DNA of 56,772 nt, the filler included, from Porpidia crustulata (taxonomy: Eukaryota), in the NCBI GenBank assembly GCA_964255105.1. It is 5 parts of 5 records of this genome, joined end to end, with 100 filler letters (N's around TTAATTAATTAA, not from the genome) between each part and the next. Parts side by side here need not be neighbours in the genome. Positions count along the whole stretch, not along the records: positions 22,771 to 34,041 come from CAXUWE010000677.1; positions 34,142 to 45,409 come from CAXUWE010000678.1; 3 more parts are not named here. The stretch is one strand, 5' to 3'. The notes beneath the pieces were generated by a model. It saw nothing but the letters and a program-made list of their open reading frames with translations, was not told the origin of the DNA and searched no databases. The translations under genes and the position numbers were made by a program. Position 1 is the stretch's first letter, and each line of letters starts with the position of its first letter. Below, piece by piece: positions 26,730 to 38,966 of this stretch.

Positions 26730-29700
26730 ATGGCTCCAGGCGGTGGAGGGAAGCGAAAGCGAGGGGACAGAAATTTTTCCAACGATGATAGGCAAAACAC
26801 ATCAAGACCCTCGCCTCATCGTCCCGAGAATTTGAACCTTGGCCAACAAAGCCCGTCTCCACAATTCCACCATCAGAACAACTTTCACAGGGATCAGTAT
26901 GATCAGCGTGGTGGAACGCGAAGACGAGGAAGCAGAGGTGGGCGTGGAGGCGGATCTCAGCGCAGTCCCGTGAACAGCCCGAACGGAATTCCTGTCCAAT
27001 CAAGGCCTATGAATCCTCCTCAGAAGCAACTGTCTTCTCCTCCTGCGCAAGTGGCAACACAAATTGAAGCTACGCCCGTGGCTGCACATCAACAAGCCCC
27101 TGCTACCAATACCATACCTACTTCAGTCTCACCATCAATAGAGCCGCGACTACCTCCCTACTACTATGAATACATAACCGACGAACGACTGCACGATTGG
27201 GCAGGTACCGGGCGGACTGATGTCGTGGACCTTGGTGTCCGGGCCTGTAGTGATGAAGACCCTTTGGTCCTCGGGCTTCTCTTTCAAGAGACGGTAAAAT
27301 CAGGTATCAATAAGCGTCTGGAGCCATCAGATGCTGGAACTCTTGTCAAAGAAATCCTCGAACAAGGCAGTACAAGTCATGACGGTCCTACTGCGACAAT
27401 TGACCGCTCTTTTTTCAGCGCAAGTTCACTCTTCCTGGATAGTCTTTCGGTCTTCACAGAATCCTCTGGTATAAACCCGGCACTTCAGTCTCTAGTCCTA
27501 GCCACAGGCGTCTCTCCGCAGCTCATGCGATGCGAACTGGAGAGTACGCTACTAGAGAATCTGGGATTGATCCGGAATACATTTGTTAGAGTTGGGATTC
27601 GCCAGCAGACAAATCTGCTCTACCGGCAGTCAAACTACAACCTTCTTCGAGAAGAGACGGAAGGATACTCGAAGCTTGTCACAGAACTCTTCACGACAAG
27701 CAGTAGTGAGCCTTTGACTAGTGAAGTTGTTGAGGAGACATTCGAAAGAGTTAAAGGCATGATTGGTGCTTACGACTTAGACGTGGGACGGGTCCTTGAT
27801 GTTACACTGGATGTGTTCGCAGCTGTATTAGTCAAGCAATACCGTTTCTTTGTAAAATACCTACGGGTTAGCTCATGGTGGCCGCACGAGAAAAAACACC
27901 CAGGAACTAGGAATAACGTCGTGTTGAGTACTTTGCCAAAGTGGGCATTGCCAGGTTCCTCAGGTCGTCCGATTGGCGAAGAAGAGAAGGAAGAACTTGT
28001 CAAAGCAAGGGATGAACGAGACAAGCTTTTCTGGCAAAGGACTAAAGAAGTTGGTATGGCAGCATACTTCGAGATTGGAGGACGAAGAGCGGAAGCAGAT
28101 CAGTTGAACGCTATAATGAGCAAGACAAACATCGTCGACTCTTCACAAGTTGATGGAGATCAGGAATGGGTGGAGGCAACCAAGACGTTACCACCTCTTG
28201 GCAATAAAGTCGCTGCACAAGTCCTTGGCTTTAAATTATGGTTTTACAGTTCTTCCGCCCGTGATCCTATGGACGTCCTCCCAATCAATCTGATTTATCT
28301 AGCAGCGTTACTCATTAAAGTTGGCTTCATCTCATTGCGAGATCTTTATCCTCATCTCTGGCCCATGGATGACGCCATGGAAACCGTTAGGACCGAAAAG
28401 ATGAAGGAGAAAGCCGAGAGGGAGAGACTGAGTCGACCTGGGAGTGGCACTATGAATGCTCTGATGACTGCAGGAGCCTTGGTCGATGATACCGCACCCC
28501 TCAAAGGGCGAGACGTTGAGAAGTCAAAGGAAGCAGAAAGGTTGCGAGTACCGGAAGCCCTACGGAATGCACCTTTGACCGCGGAAACCGCCAAAGAAAC
28601 CACTCCCGCTCCAATGTCCCAGGAAGAAAAAGAGGAGCTTCCAGAGCCGGCAGATCAAAAGGTTCAATTACTTAGGAGCCTTCTTTGCATTGGTGCCATT
28701 CCAGAAGCACTTTACATATTAGGGCGCTTCCCATGGCTTCCGTACGCCTTTCCAGACCTTCCAGAACACATCCATCGTATTCTCCACCATTCCCTGAATA
28801 AAGTCTATGAGCCGATCAGGCCACTCACTGATTGTATGGATGTGCGAGAGCAACAGAAGATTCCAGATCCAGGTCAATCAGGTGAGATCAAAGGTTACAT
28901 CAAGCTCATCGATGCACCACCACGCAAAGTATTACGGTGGGCTCAAATTGACAAGGACGACACAAATGAAAATATCGACTACCGTTTCTACTGGGATGAC
29001 TGGGCCGATACTGTCCCTGTGTGCCAATCCGTTGATGATGTATTTATATTGTGTTCTACTTTCCTCAACTACACGGGGGTAAAGATTGGTCAAGATTCCT
29101 CCTTGCTACTCAAGCTATGCCGAATTGGAAGTCATTCTTTGGCTATTGACCCATCGGAGCCGAACGTAGCTCGATGGGTAGACATGTCCAAACGTTTACT
29201 TGTTCCTGCCCTTAGCCTAGTGAAGAATAACCCTGGCGTAGTCAACGAAGTCTTTGAGCTTATAAAGAACTTTTCGACGGCAACCCGATACTCCATATAC
29301 GCAGAATGGTATCAAGGACAAACCTCTCGATCACCGGATATGCTGGTGGCATTCGACCAAGCGAGAGCAGAGACGAGGGATGTTCTCAAACGTATCAGTA
29401 AGACAAGTATCAAACCTATGGCACGAGCTCTGGCCAAGGTAGCCTATGCATCTCCAGGGATCGTATTCCAGGAAGCTATTGCGCAAATCGAGTCTTACGA
29501 TAATATCGTAGATACCGTGGTTGAGTGTGCCCGATATCTCACTTATCTTGGATACGATGTTTTGACCTGGTCTCTGTTGAGCTCTCTGGGCAATCGGTCT
29601 AGAACTAGAGTTCAGGCGGATGGTATGTTGACCAGTAAATGGTTGAACGCCTTATCTTTATTTGCTGGGAAGGTGTTCAAGCGCTACTCCGTCATGAATC

Positions 29701-32700
29701 CTGTACCAGTCCTCCAATACGTTGCCGAACAGCTTCGTGTAAGCAATTCGACTGACTTGATTATTTTGGAAGAGATGATCAATTCTATGGCCGGCATTAT
29801 ATCGGACACGAACATGACTGATGCCCAGGTCTTGTCAATGGCAGGTGGTGAACTCTTGCAGTCTCAAACAATGCTCCAACTGCTTGATCGACGGCATGAA
29901 TCAAGGACTACCGCCAGGCGTCTAATCAAGTCTCTTACAGAGCCAAGACTAGCTGGTAGGATTCTGATATCGATTGCCCATGAGCGGCAGACCTGCATCT
30001 TCAAACTTCCTGAGGACGACGCTCATTTGAAACTACTAGGTAACTTATTTGACGAACTTCACCGCATTTTCATACAGTATCTAGAGCTTTTGCGAAGTAA
30101 TCTCTCGATCAAGGAATTTGATTCCCAGGTACCAAGCGTTTCACAACTGATCGACGACTTTGGAATTGAGCCTAGCGTCGCTTTCTGGATCAGCCGTCCA
30201 AGTATCTCTGCTGCAATGGCGGAATATGACGCAGAAAATCCGAAGGAGAACGTCCAGAAGAAAAGGACTCTAGTAATAGAAGCTTCTGACGGATTTCTTA
30301 AATCAAGGAAAAGCACGTCTGAAGGTGATACGCCTATGGTAGGGATGACAGAAACTCTTGAGGAGGACCAAGACGCACCAGCGCCACTAGTAAACGGGAT
30401 GCAAAGTAGCGAGAGCATCGACACAGAGATGAATGACGCAGAGATCGTTACTGAATCCCCACAGCTGGCACCTATGCATCAAAGTGATGCTCCAAATGAG
30501 CCATGGCATCCTGTATTGGCAGATATTATGGATGCGATCCGCCCAGCACTCCCAGATGAGACCTGGAAAGTCCTCAGTCAGCCATTCTATGTCACATTCT
30601 GGCAACTCTCATTACGTGATATGCTTGTTCCAACTCAAAGTTATGAGGACGAGATCAATCGACAGAGAAAGAAAATCTCGACCATCAATAGTGATCGATC
30701 TGACATTAGTATTATAGGTACTCAGAAGAAGGAACGAGAAAAAAAGGGCATTAATGATCTACAGGATCGCTTGCGTGCAGAACTTAGAGACCATGTCCAA
30801 GCTTACGGGCAGAACAGGTCCCGCCTAGGCAAAGAGAAGGAACATTGGTTTTCGGGATCTTGGGGCAAATGGGATGCGTTGAATACAGCTCTGATCGAGT
30901 CGTGTTTTTTCCCCCGAATCCTGATGTCTCCGGTAGATGCGATTTATACTTTCAAGATGCTCAAATTCTTGCATTCCTCAGGAGCTACCAATTTCCGCAC
31001 TATGGGCGTTCTCGATCAACTTTTCAAGGAGAAAAGATTGACCTCTATGCTATTTCTCTGCACATCTAAAGAAGCAGAGAATCTTGGTCGGTTTTTTTAC
31101 GAGGTTCTCAAAGACCTCGCCAAATGGCATGCCGACAAGGCCATTTATGAGAAGGAGGCCTTTGGTACAAGAAAGGATCTGCCTGGCTTCAGTAAAAAGA
31201 TGACGAATGAAAAGACGGTTCTTCTCTTCTGGGATTATGAGGAATTTCGAAGAGTGGTCTATAAGTGGCACCGCAATCTGAACACTGCCCTCAAGACTTG
31301 TATCAGCAGTGGCGAGTTTATGCATATACGTAATGCGATCAACATACTCAAGGCAGTCCATCAAGTTTTCCCGGCTGTAAATTGGATGGGTCAAACCCAG
31401 GTTACTAGCATTACCGAAATCAGCAAGTCAGATCCGAGGGAAGACCTCAAAGTTGCAGCGACTTCCCTTTTAGGCAGTCTTAAACGCCGGGAGAAAAGTT
31501 TGGTTATTCCCCAAGCTTTCCAATGTGTCAGTAATGTCAATGTCACGATACCACTGATCTTTGCTGATACCCGCCAGAGCGAGGCCGTTCCTAATGGCAC
31601 TAATGGTCGTACGGGTTCTGCCAAACCAGCAACTCCTCAGCCTGATAGCGACTCAAAGAGTTTAAATCCTCAAGCCCCAGGTTTCCAACCAAGTCCTCGA
31701 CCAAGGTTAGTCCATTAGCGAGACCGGCTGTGACACTTCGCTGATTCCCACCCCTACAGCATTGATGGGACTTTGAAGGCAGTAAAGACCGCATCAGGGA
31801 GGCTCGAAGTAGAAGACGGTGAGATTGAAGATGCAAGAGTTTCTGACTCAGCTATAAAGGGAGCATCTGTAGCTAGAACGGGAGATCAGGCCCAAACGAG
31901 TTCCGTAGATGCTCCAGCACCAATCCTTACACCAACACAAGCGGCAGAACCATCCGATGCGCTACATAACATTCCAACGCAAGAGGCACAACCTCCCGAG
32001 ATACCCCTAGCAACAGCAAGTGTCCAGGCAAGATCTCAAGAAGCAGATGTTACATCTGCTCAGTCGATTCCGCTCCTGCATCCTTCCGTTCCTCCACGGC
32101 CAGAAATCGGCAGAAGCGTCTCCGAATCAGCCAATGCCCGCCTCCCGCATACCCTCCCAAGTCGTCCTGAGGCACCATCAACCAAACCAATGGAGCACCG
32201 CATGCCTGAGAGACCGAACGACCAAGGTTTTCGCGATCATGGACGAGATTCACGCTTCCCAGATCGCGGACGCATGGATAGGCCTGGGGATATACTGCGC
32301 GACAGAGTGCCCGAGCGCCATGTCTCTGGGCCGTACCCCCGCGGATACGAGCGTCCTAATGAGAGGGTTAATATTGGTGATCGAGGTCGCGTTGACCCAG
32401 GGTGGAGAAACGAGAACGAGCTACCAGGCCGACCTGTATTTGACAATGGGCACGGACCAACACATACTCGGGATCCGCGGCCGTTAACACACGACAGACC
32501 GGAGCGTTCTCACAGGGATAGACAATATGCTGAGGAGGTACAGGGTGCGCGAAATTCTGACATACAAGGCCAACCTAGCAGAGATTCACCAATGGCACCC
32601 CCACGATCCACTATGCCTCAGCATCCAGACAGAGTCGCTCTGATCCATGGAAACCCAGATTTCGACAGGATAGCTTCCAGTAGTCATCACTCGGACCGTC

Positions 32701-34041
32701 GTTCTGAGCGATATGAAAGGAATCCTGGCAGCGAACGGAGTTCTCGTGGGCCATCTCCATCAAGAGTAGATGATCGCCGTCAGATACGCCAAGACACCCA
32801 CCGCGATGTACGCCTGCTATCTGAGGGCCGTCGTGGAGTGGAAGTTTCAACCTACTCTAATTCGTCCCGCTATGACGAATCACATCTCCCAACCGGACCC
32901 AGGACCGATCGCCCAAATGCAGTGAGCCACAATGACAGATTTGCAGATCCGGGTAGAATTGCAACTGCGGCCACACCAAGCATTGACCCAAACCATGGGC
33001 GCCTCAATCAAGATCCAAGCCATGGCAGTCGACAGTCTGAGCAATATGGGCGGCTGAACCCAGGACCTGAGATCTCCTCTGGCTCCCGAATGTCGAATGG
33101 AAATCACGCACCATCTATCAAAGGAGCCAGTCGAAATTTCAGTACCCCGCAACCTCATGTGGCTTCCCACAATATTACTAAAGATACGGAAGTCTCGGAA
33201 AAGCAAGCTCCCACGGGTCCTGCTTCGAATCGTGGTCCACCACGCGGTTCGGGGCCTTCCTCACAGCCCGACTACGCTCCATCATCTGCGCCGCCAACGC
33301 CAGTGACCGAGGTTCCTGATACGGCGGGGATTCATCCCGATCGTCTCAAAGCCATCCAAGGGCCTGGGACTGCTCCTTCCCACGGCAACTCTAGTCAACA
33401 CAACGAAGGCCGTGCACCAAGACCGAACCTTCCGCCCGTCGCGGTCTCGGTTCCGGTCCCGACAGGTCCTCGAGGCTCTAACAGTCAGCTCACAAGTCCT
33501 ATGACAACTTCACCCGTCAGCCGCGGACTGCTAACAGGCCCCGCCTTTGTGAACGAGAGAAACCGAGGGGACAAGCGCTTTGCTGGCCTTCAAACTATGC
33601 TTCAACAAGCAGGTACGCCAAATGGCGTGGAAAGGTCGAGCCAAGGGACGAGTATACGTGGTAGAGGCGGTCGAGCCAACAATGTTGTAGTTTCGGCATC
33701 ACACACGGGAACACCAACATCATCAATGGCGAATCCGGATCCTTTCCCTCCCTCCCGAGCCGATTTGTTCGCTGCACGATCGAATGGGCCACCTGCTCTT
33801 CAACGTGGCGAAGACAACGAAGAGCACACCAGAAGCGGTCGGAGAGATAACATCCATGATCATGCCAGGGAAGGGGAACGGCGATCTGAAAGGCACCGGG
33901 CCAACCACTCGCCTAGCAGAGACAATCCACCTGGGCCATCGATGCCGCCGCGGGATGAGGAGCGCCGACCGCGTCGAGAAAATCTGAGAGAACGGCCCAG
34001 AGGGCCGGAACCGCCGAACGAACGAGACATGAGGCGACCCG
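26730..34041 (+). CDS. THO2: THO complex subunit 2; likely introns 31527-31577 and 31706-31759; 3'-truncated at the spacer
   Basis: LYRQSNYNLLREETEGYSKL, IGAYDLDVGRVLDVTLD, KRISK...ARALAKVAYASP, QIESYDN, FYVTFWQLSL and FMHIRNAI; long Arg/Pro/Asp-rich tail in frame after the second intron. Confidence 0.95.
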
Positions 34042-34141
34042 NNNNNNNNNNNNNNNNNNNNNNNNNNNNNNNNNNNNNNNNNNNNTTAATTAATTAANNN
34101 NNNNNNNNNNNNNNNNNNNNNNNNNNNNNNNNNNNNNNNNN
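34042..34141. other. Artificial contig spacer
   Basis: N44-TTAATTAATTAA-N44. Confidence 0.97.
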
Positions 34142-34270
34142 CCGCTCCCTTTCTACCTTCTTTATCCTTTAGAAAATCAATCTATCGGTTCCACCAAAGC
34201 CTTGTATCTCAACACAATTAATAATAAAAACTAGATAGTAATAAATAGAGAAGTAAAAAGAAAGATATTA

Positions 34271-34380
34271 CCAGTGCACACCCCTAGTTCGGCCACATCC
34301 GCCTGATCTCGATTCTGTAACCCTAGCCCTTGGTACGATGGCCGAACTAGGAGTGTGACCGAATCAGGGGCGTGTATTGG
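34271..34380. mobile_element. 110-bp non-autonomous Tc1/mariner-superfamily (pogo/Fot1-like) MITE
   Basis: Flanked by TA on both sides. Left end CCAGTGCACACCCCTAGTTCGGCCAC; right end reverse complement CCAATACACGCCCCTGATTCGGTCACACTCCTAGTTCGGCCA, with internal direct repeats. GC-rich island within very AT-rich flanks. Confidence 0.7.
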
Positions 34381-34544
34381 TATTTTTATAATTTTAATTC
34401 TAGAACTTAGCGTGGTCCGTTATTGATACTGATTCATTACAAAACACGAGGAACACTAGTTTTTGCGTCTCAAACAGCACAACTGTGGAATTGATTAAAC
34501 ATCTTCTTTCACAAGCTTAAAATTGAATTTCATCCACTCTGGTC

Positions 34545-35832
34545 ATGGAAGAGAGTAAGAAACGCAAATCAGACACCGGCCACGCCGAGCGTGAGCGGAA
34601 GAAATCCAAGGTAAGAAATCCATCATTCATCTGCATAATATTAATGTCCGGGGCTGCTGAGAGGTTGTTTTCGCTTGCCAAATTAAGAATCGGAGCATGA
34701 TTTTGGTTGTCCTTCTGTGCTCACGGATCATTAGAAGCAATGGACTGTGCCAAAGAAAAGCTATCACGATTCACGATCTACTGCGGCAAGCATAGAGCCT
34801 GGAGATGCAGGCATTTGGGTGACTTGTGAGATGCATAAGGAGCGCAAATGTACCGCTGAATTAAAAGACCTTTTTGGCGAGGTACAGGCCCTTTCGGACC
34901 CTCGAAATACTTCTCTGGGGTAAATTTGATTGTCGATTAGTACGCGATTGATGTCTATGGCGATCCTGGACATGAAGACAAGGCAGTCAGCAAAAGCGGT
35001 GAGGTTGACGTTGAAGCAGAGGTTAGCAAAGAGGTCGAGGGCATGAAGGCTGCTAGCCAGACCGCTCTTTTCCAGCCGGTCAACGTTGATATCCAGTGCG
35101 GTACGGTCCTCGATAGTTTTGGCGTTCTCGACCCCGTTACTAACACCATCGAGTCTTATTCTTCAAGGTAAAATTACCGATAGAGCCGGTATCATTCGTG
35201 CAAAGAATCTGTTCAGATGCTCTCAAGACGGCAGGAAGCAAGAAGACTCGATTTGTGCAGAGGTTGACACCTATGACGAGGATGGGTAAAGCTACAGAAA
35301 ATGGGTTAAGTGAAGTTTCGAGAGTGGTCCTTGCCCCCAGCTTTCATCACGACGGTATTGCGCCCAAGAAGGTATTCAACTTTTCTGTCTGTTACCTTTG
35401 ATACATGGAACGTATCGAGTACATGCCACAGGTCATACAGAGTTCTGATACCTCATTACGATTATCCATCTCGCCAGCGCAACGCTGCAGTCTCGCTAAC
35501 GCTGCGATTGCGCAATAGTTCGCCATCCGTACGACGATTCGTAACCACCACGTAATGAAGAGAGATGAGGTGATCAAACAGGTAGCTACCGTGGTGGGTG
35601 ACCGGCACAAGGTTGATCTCAAGAACTACGACCTTCTGATTTTGGTAGACATCTACAGAGTGAGCTCACACTTTCACGCGCCTTCTGAGGTCTAGTGTGC
35701 AGATATGCGTCACTGACTACGTCGCTTCTGATGTAGAATATCTGTGGTATGAGCGTCGTTGGCAATGAATTCGAGGAGCTGAAGCGTTTCAACCTGGCAG
35801 AGATATATGAACCGACTCCTAAACCAGACTAG
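34545..35832 (+). CDS. TAN1: THUMP-domain protein, tRNA ac4C acetylation adaptor; 5 introns; fragmented in the ORF track
   Basis: Spliced: MEESKKRK...KKSK/KQWTVPK...IEPGDAGIWVTCEMHKERKCTAELKDLF...DIQC/VLFFK...TRFVQRLTP...KK/FAIRTTIRNH...HKVDLKNYDLLILVDIYR/NICGMSVVGNEFEELKRFNLAEIY...*. Confidence 0.88.
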
Positions 35833-36872
35833 ACTCGATATTTAGCGGTCACATCGCGTGCTTGTTACGAGGCCGCGACTCACCTACTCCTGGGGAAGCC
35901 AGGGCGCAAATAGGTATTTGAGAAACGCAAGCCACGCTGGATAGCATCCTTCGGGAGGCGTGTCTGTGACCAACAACATTGTTCGCATAAGCGAGTGTAG
36001 GGTCCATTGCTTCCCTCTCACGCCTCTTAATTCTTGCCTGATAGCCTTAAACATACAGGGATCAGCACATCTGAAGCCTGAACAGTTGCAGCAAACGAGA
36101 CTGTTCTTAGTTGCCGGTACATCTTATTTGCCAGTCGCATTTGCTGAGACAGTCACATTAGCTTCGGTTCGGCAGCTGCAATTTCTAATTCAACCCTTCT
36201 GGAAATTCTTATGGCGCAATTGCTTGGACGATTCCTTCAGGTGAGTTTGTGAGCTGACCCGAGAAATTGAAAATCCTGCGATTCGCTCAGAGACGCGAGC
36301 TTTCGGACCCTTGGGCTTCAAGGGGAGATGCTGCGGAGTCTGCAAGACCGACTTTGTAATATAAGCTTGATCTAGTCCTGGAATGGCAAGGGTGCGCTTG
36401 CCGAAAACGTACATATTAGACGAACGGCCCGAACTGACCATGTGTCCTATATCTCTGTATAAACGCCAACAAGCTCTTGGCTTTGCGGCATGTCCGCTGC
36501 AACTTGCTACCGTCGAAGTGACATTCATGGCCTCCAGGTCCTAAGTGATGGCTCCGTTGGAAATGACGGCATCCTCCCAAGCGAAACAAGCGAGTGAGGC
36601 GATTCCTCATTGGTGTCTTATAGGAACGCGTGAGCCTTCAGGCGTCTTGTGTTCTATGTACGTAGCTGAGCTTGACGTTGCCGTTGCCGTTGGTGTGAAT
36701 CTCGTTTGTCTGGAACATTTATACTCCATATTTCTATACTTGAGTTGTAAATTTGCGCACTTCGGAGGTGTCAGTCTATTTTCATTTAACAAGCGATTGC
36801 GCCGCTCTCCATTGCAACAGATCTCGGTAATCTTCTCCTATATTGTTGACACCCGTGAAACAACAAGTTTGG

Positions 36873-37931
36873 ATGACTATGCATCTACCTCCAATAGTCA
36901 CCGCCTTGGACCCTTCGAGTTCTGCCCCAACTCTTCTCCCATATACGGCTTCTTCCCACATATTAAGAAGTACTACACCTGTCCAAAGTCTCATTGAAAA
37001 GATTCTCGTTCCATTGCATCTCACAGTCTATCAGATGGAGGATATTTCAAGTCATCTACACCGTATTCGCCTCATCCGTCTCTCGAATGGCTCAAGCTTG
37101 GTCCTGAAAGTTAGTCCTGCTCAGGCCGTACCGCTCCTCCGACATGAGATATACTCCCTTGATTCGGAAGCCCTTACTCTTTCTCTCCTTGCCAAAAGTA
37201 GCTTGCCCGTACCAAGGGTTCTGAGGCATGATGCAAGTTGTGCCCATATCGGATCACCCTTCCTCCTGGCAACCCACCTTTCTGGTATTTCGTACGCCAG
37301 TGTTAGTCAGTATCTCAGTCGGTCAGAGCGCGCAGGTATCGAGCGGCAGCTCAAATCACTGAGCGGCGTGATCAGCCAGCATACCTCATCAATATACGGT
37401 CCGTACGGCCCCGTATCGCTTGTTGCCTCGAACCAAGGTCATAAAAGCTGGCGTGAAGCTTTTGTAGCAATGCTCGAGTCTGTGTTGATGGATGGAGAGG
37501 ACATGATGGTCAGCTTGCCGTACTCTCAGATCAGAGAGCACTTATCTCGGCACAAGAGCGTGCTCGATCCGATTGAGGAGGCCAAGCTTGTGGTCTTGGG
37601 GTTTGGTCGGCCGGAGAACGTACTCATTGATCGCAAGACGAATGAAGTCACTGGACTGCTGGACTTTGGAAGAGCAATTTGGGGGGACTGGGAGATGGAA
37701 GATCTAGAAAAACGACAGGGCAGGAAAGGTCTATTGTACGTTCTAATGCCTGGACAATCACATCGAAATGGTGAAAGTAGTGTGCTAACGTGGCGCAAAA
37801 GATATACTTGTTATGACGCCGTTGTGGAAATAGTATCAAACCAATATAGACCACGGAGAGGCGCGAAGGAGCTAGAAGCAAGGAAAAATCTGATGACGGC
37901 CCTGGAGGGACTGGCACTGGAAGCATTATAG
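36873..37931 (+). CDS. APH/choline-kinase-like phosphotransferase-fold protein; probable intron 37736-37801
   Basis: LVLKVSP, LRHE, LPVPRVL, SWREAF...LESVLMDGED and ENVLID...VTGLLDFGRAIWGD. Confidence 0.75.
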   Translation: MTMHLPPIVTALDPSSSAPTLLPYTASSHILRSTTPVQSLIEKILVPLHLTVYQMEDISSHLHRIRLIRLSNGSSLVLKVSPAQAVPLLRHEIYSLDSEALTLSLLAKSSLPVPRVLRHDASCAHIGSPFLLATHLSGISYASVSQYLSRSERAGIERQLKSLSGVISQHTSSIYGPYGPVSLVASNQGHKSWREAFVAMLESVLMDGEDMMVSLPYSQIREHLSRHKSVLDPIEEAKLVVLGFGRPENVLIDRKTNEVTGLLDFGRAIWGDWEMEDLEKRQGRKGLLYVLMPGQSHRNGESSVLTWRKRYTCYDAVVEIVSNQYRPRRGAKELEARKNLMTALEGLALEAL

Positions 37932-38966
37932 AGGAGTAGGATTTGGGTTTCGACAGCCTGTTGGTAGTAGTCATGATTCAAGCGATGAGCAAAAAAGCAA
38001 TATTGGTCTGTACATAGTATAAATTCAACGCCGAAACATGATCAACTCATCAAATTAGGTGTAGATAATCAATTTATTCCGGTCTCCTGCAAAACCTCGA
38101 AAGGCTTCCATCCTATGAGACCTCCCCATGAAGGTACTCTACCATGGTGGCAATTTACGAGGATTGAGGAGATAGAAAGCAGACCACCGACCTATACTCT
38201 AGAAGGACGATTTGGGCATTGAATATGACCATGCCCTCTTACGGAAGGATGTTAAGGCTGAGGTGCTGAGGCTGTCGACGCTAAACCAGAAGGCGACGAG
38301 CGGACTAGTGCTGTTGCGTTTTCCTTGACCTTGGCGGCGGCTGTACCCGAGAAAGGGCTAGATGCAGAACAAATAATACGATACGACTTACCACTTCACC
38401 GATGAGCTGGATAGACTTCAAGACATATTGACTCATGATCCGTAGGTTCTGAGCTCAGCTCCATCTATCGTCGTTGAATAATCAAATACTATTGATGTCT
38501 CGGGAAGAGGGCTAAATTGCAATTAAGACAAGGCCCTTTCCGGCAGAAGCTGTTCGTCTTGTGTGTCTGTACCATCCCCATTGGGTTTATGCGCTGACCT
38601 GAACACAATCAAGAATACAGATTTCTATGATTTGATGCCTAGAAGATCATACTCACTTCCCAAGAGTGTCTTACGCTGGCCTGCGTGGCACGTCTCTCCT
38701 CCATACCCCTACCCGGCGCATCGTCGTCTGAACCTTGAGAGCACGCCGTTCCAAGCGATCATACAGAGACTGGTATCGATATCCAACCCTCTTGCCTTGA
38801 ATCGAATCGAATTTGCCACGATTAGCCAGAGATAGCCGAAATATGCTTCCCATCTAGTGAGCCCATATGGACTGTTGCCAGCCACTTCGAGTCTTACCTC
38901 CTCAACGGAAGGACGCGAGGACTTTCGGAGTCTAGTTTTACAGCAAATCTGACGAAGCCGCGAATC

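Noticed and set aside
31527..31577. Stop-free in-frame introns in THO2 (51 nt) and the APH-like gene (66 nt) as regulated exitrons
   Set aside because: Normal length with good splice signals; short 3n stop-free introns are expected by chance and encode no evident motif.
34310..34335. Telomerase RNA template (TAACCCTAG)
   Set aside because: Imperfect match to TAACCCTAA, enclosed by TIRs and TA flanks, with no recognisable pseudoknot or other telomerase RNA domain; a MITE explains it better.
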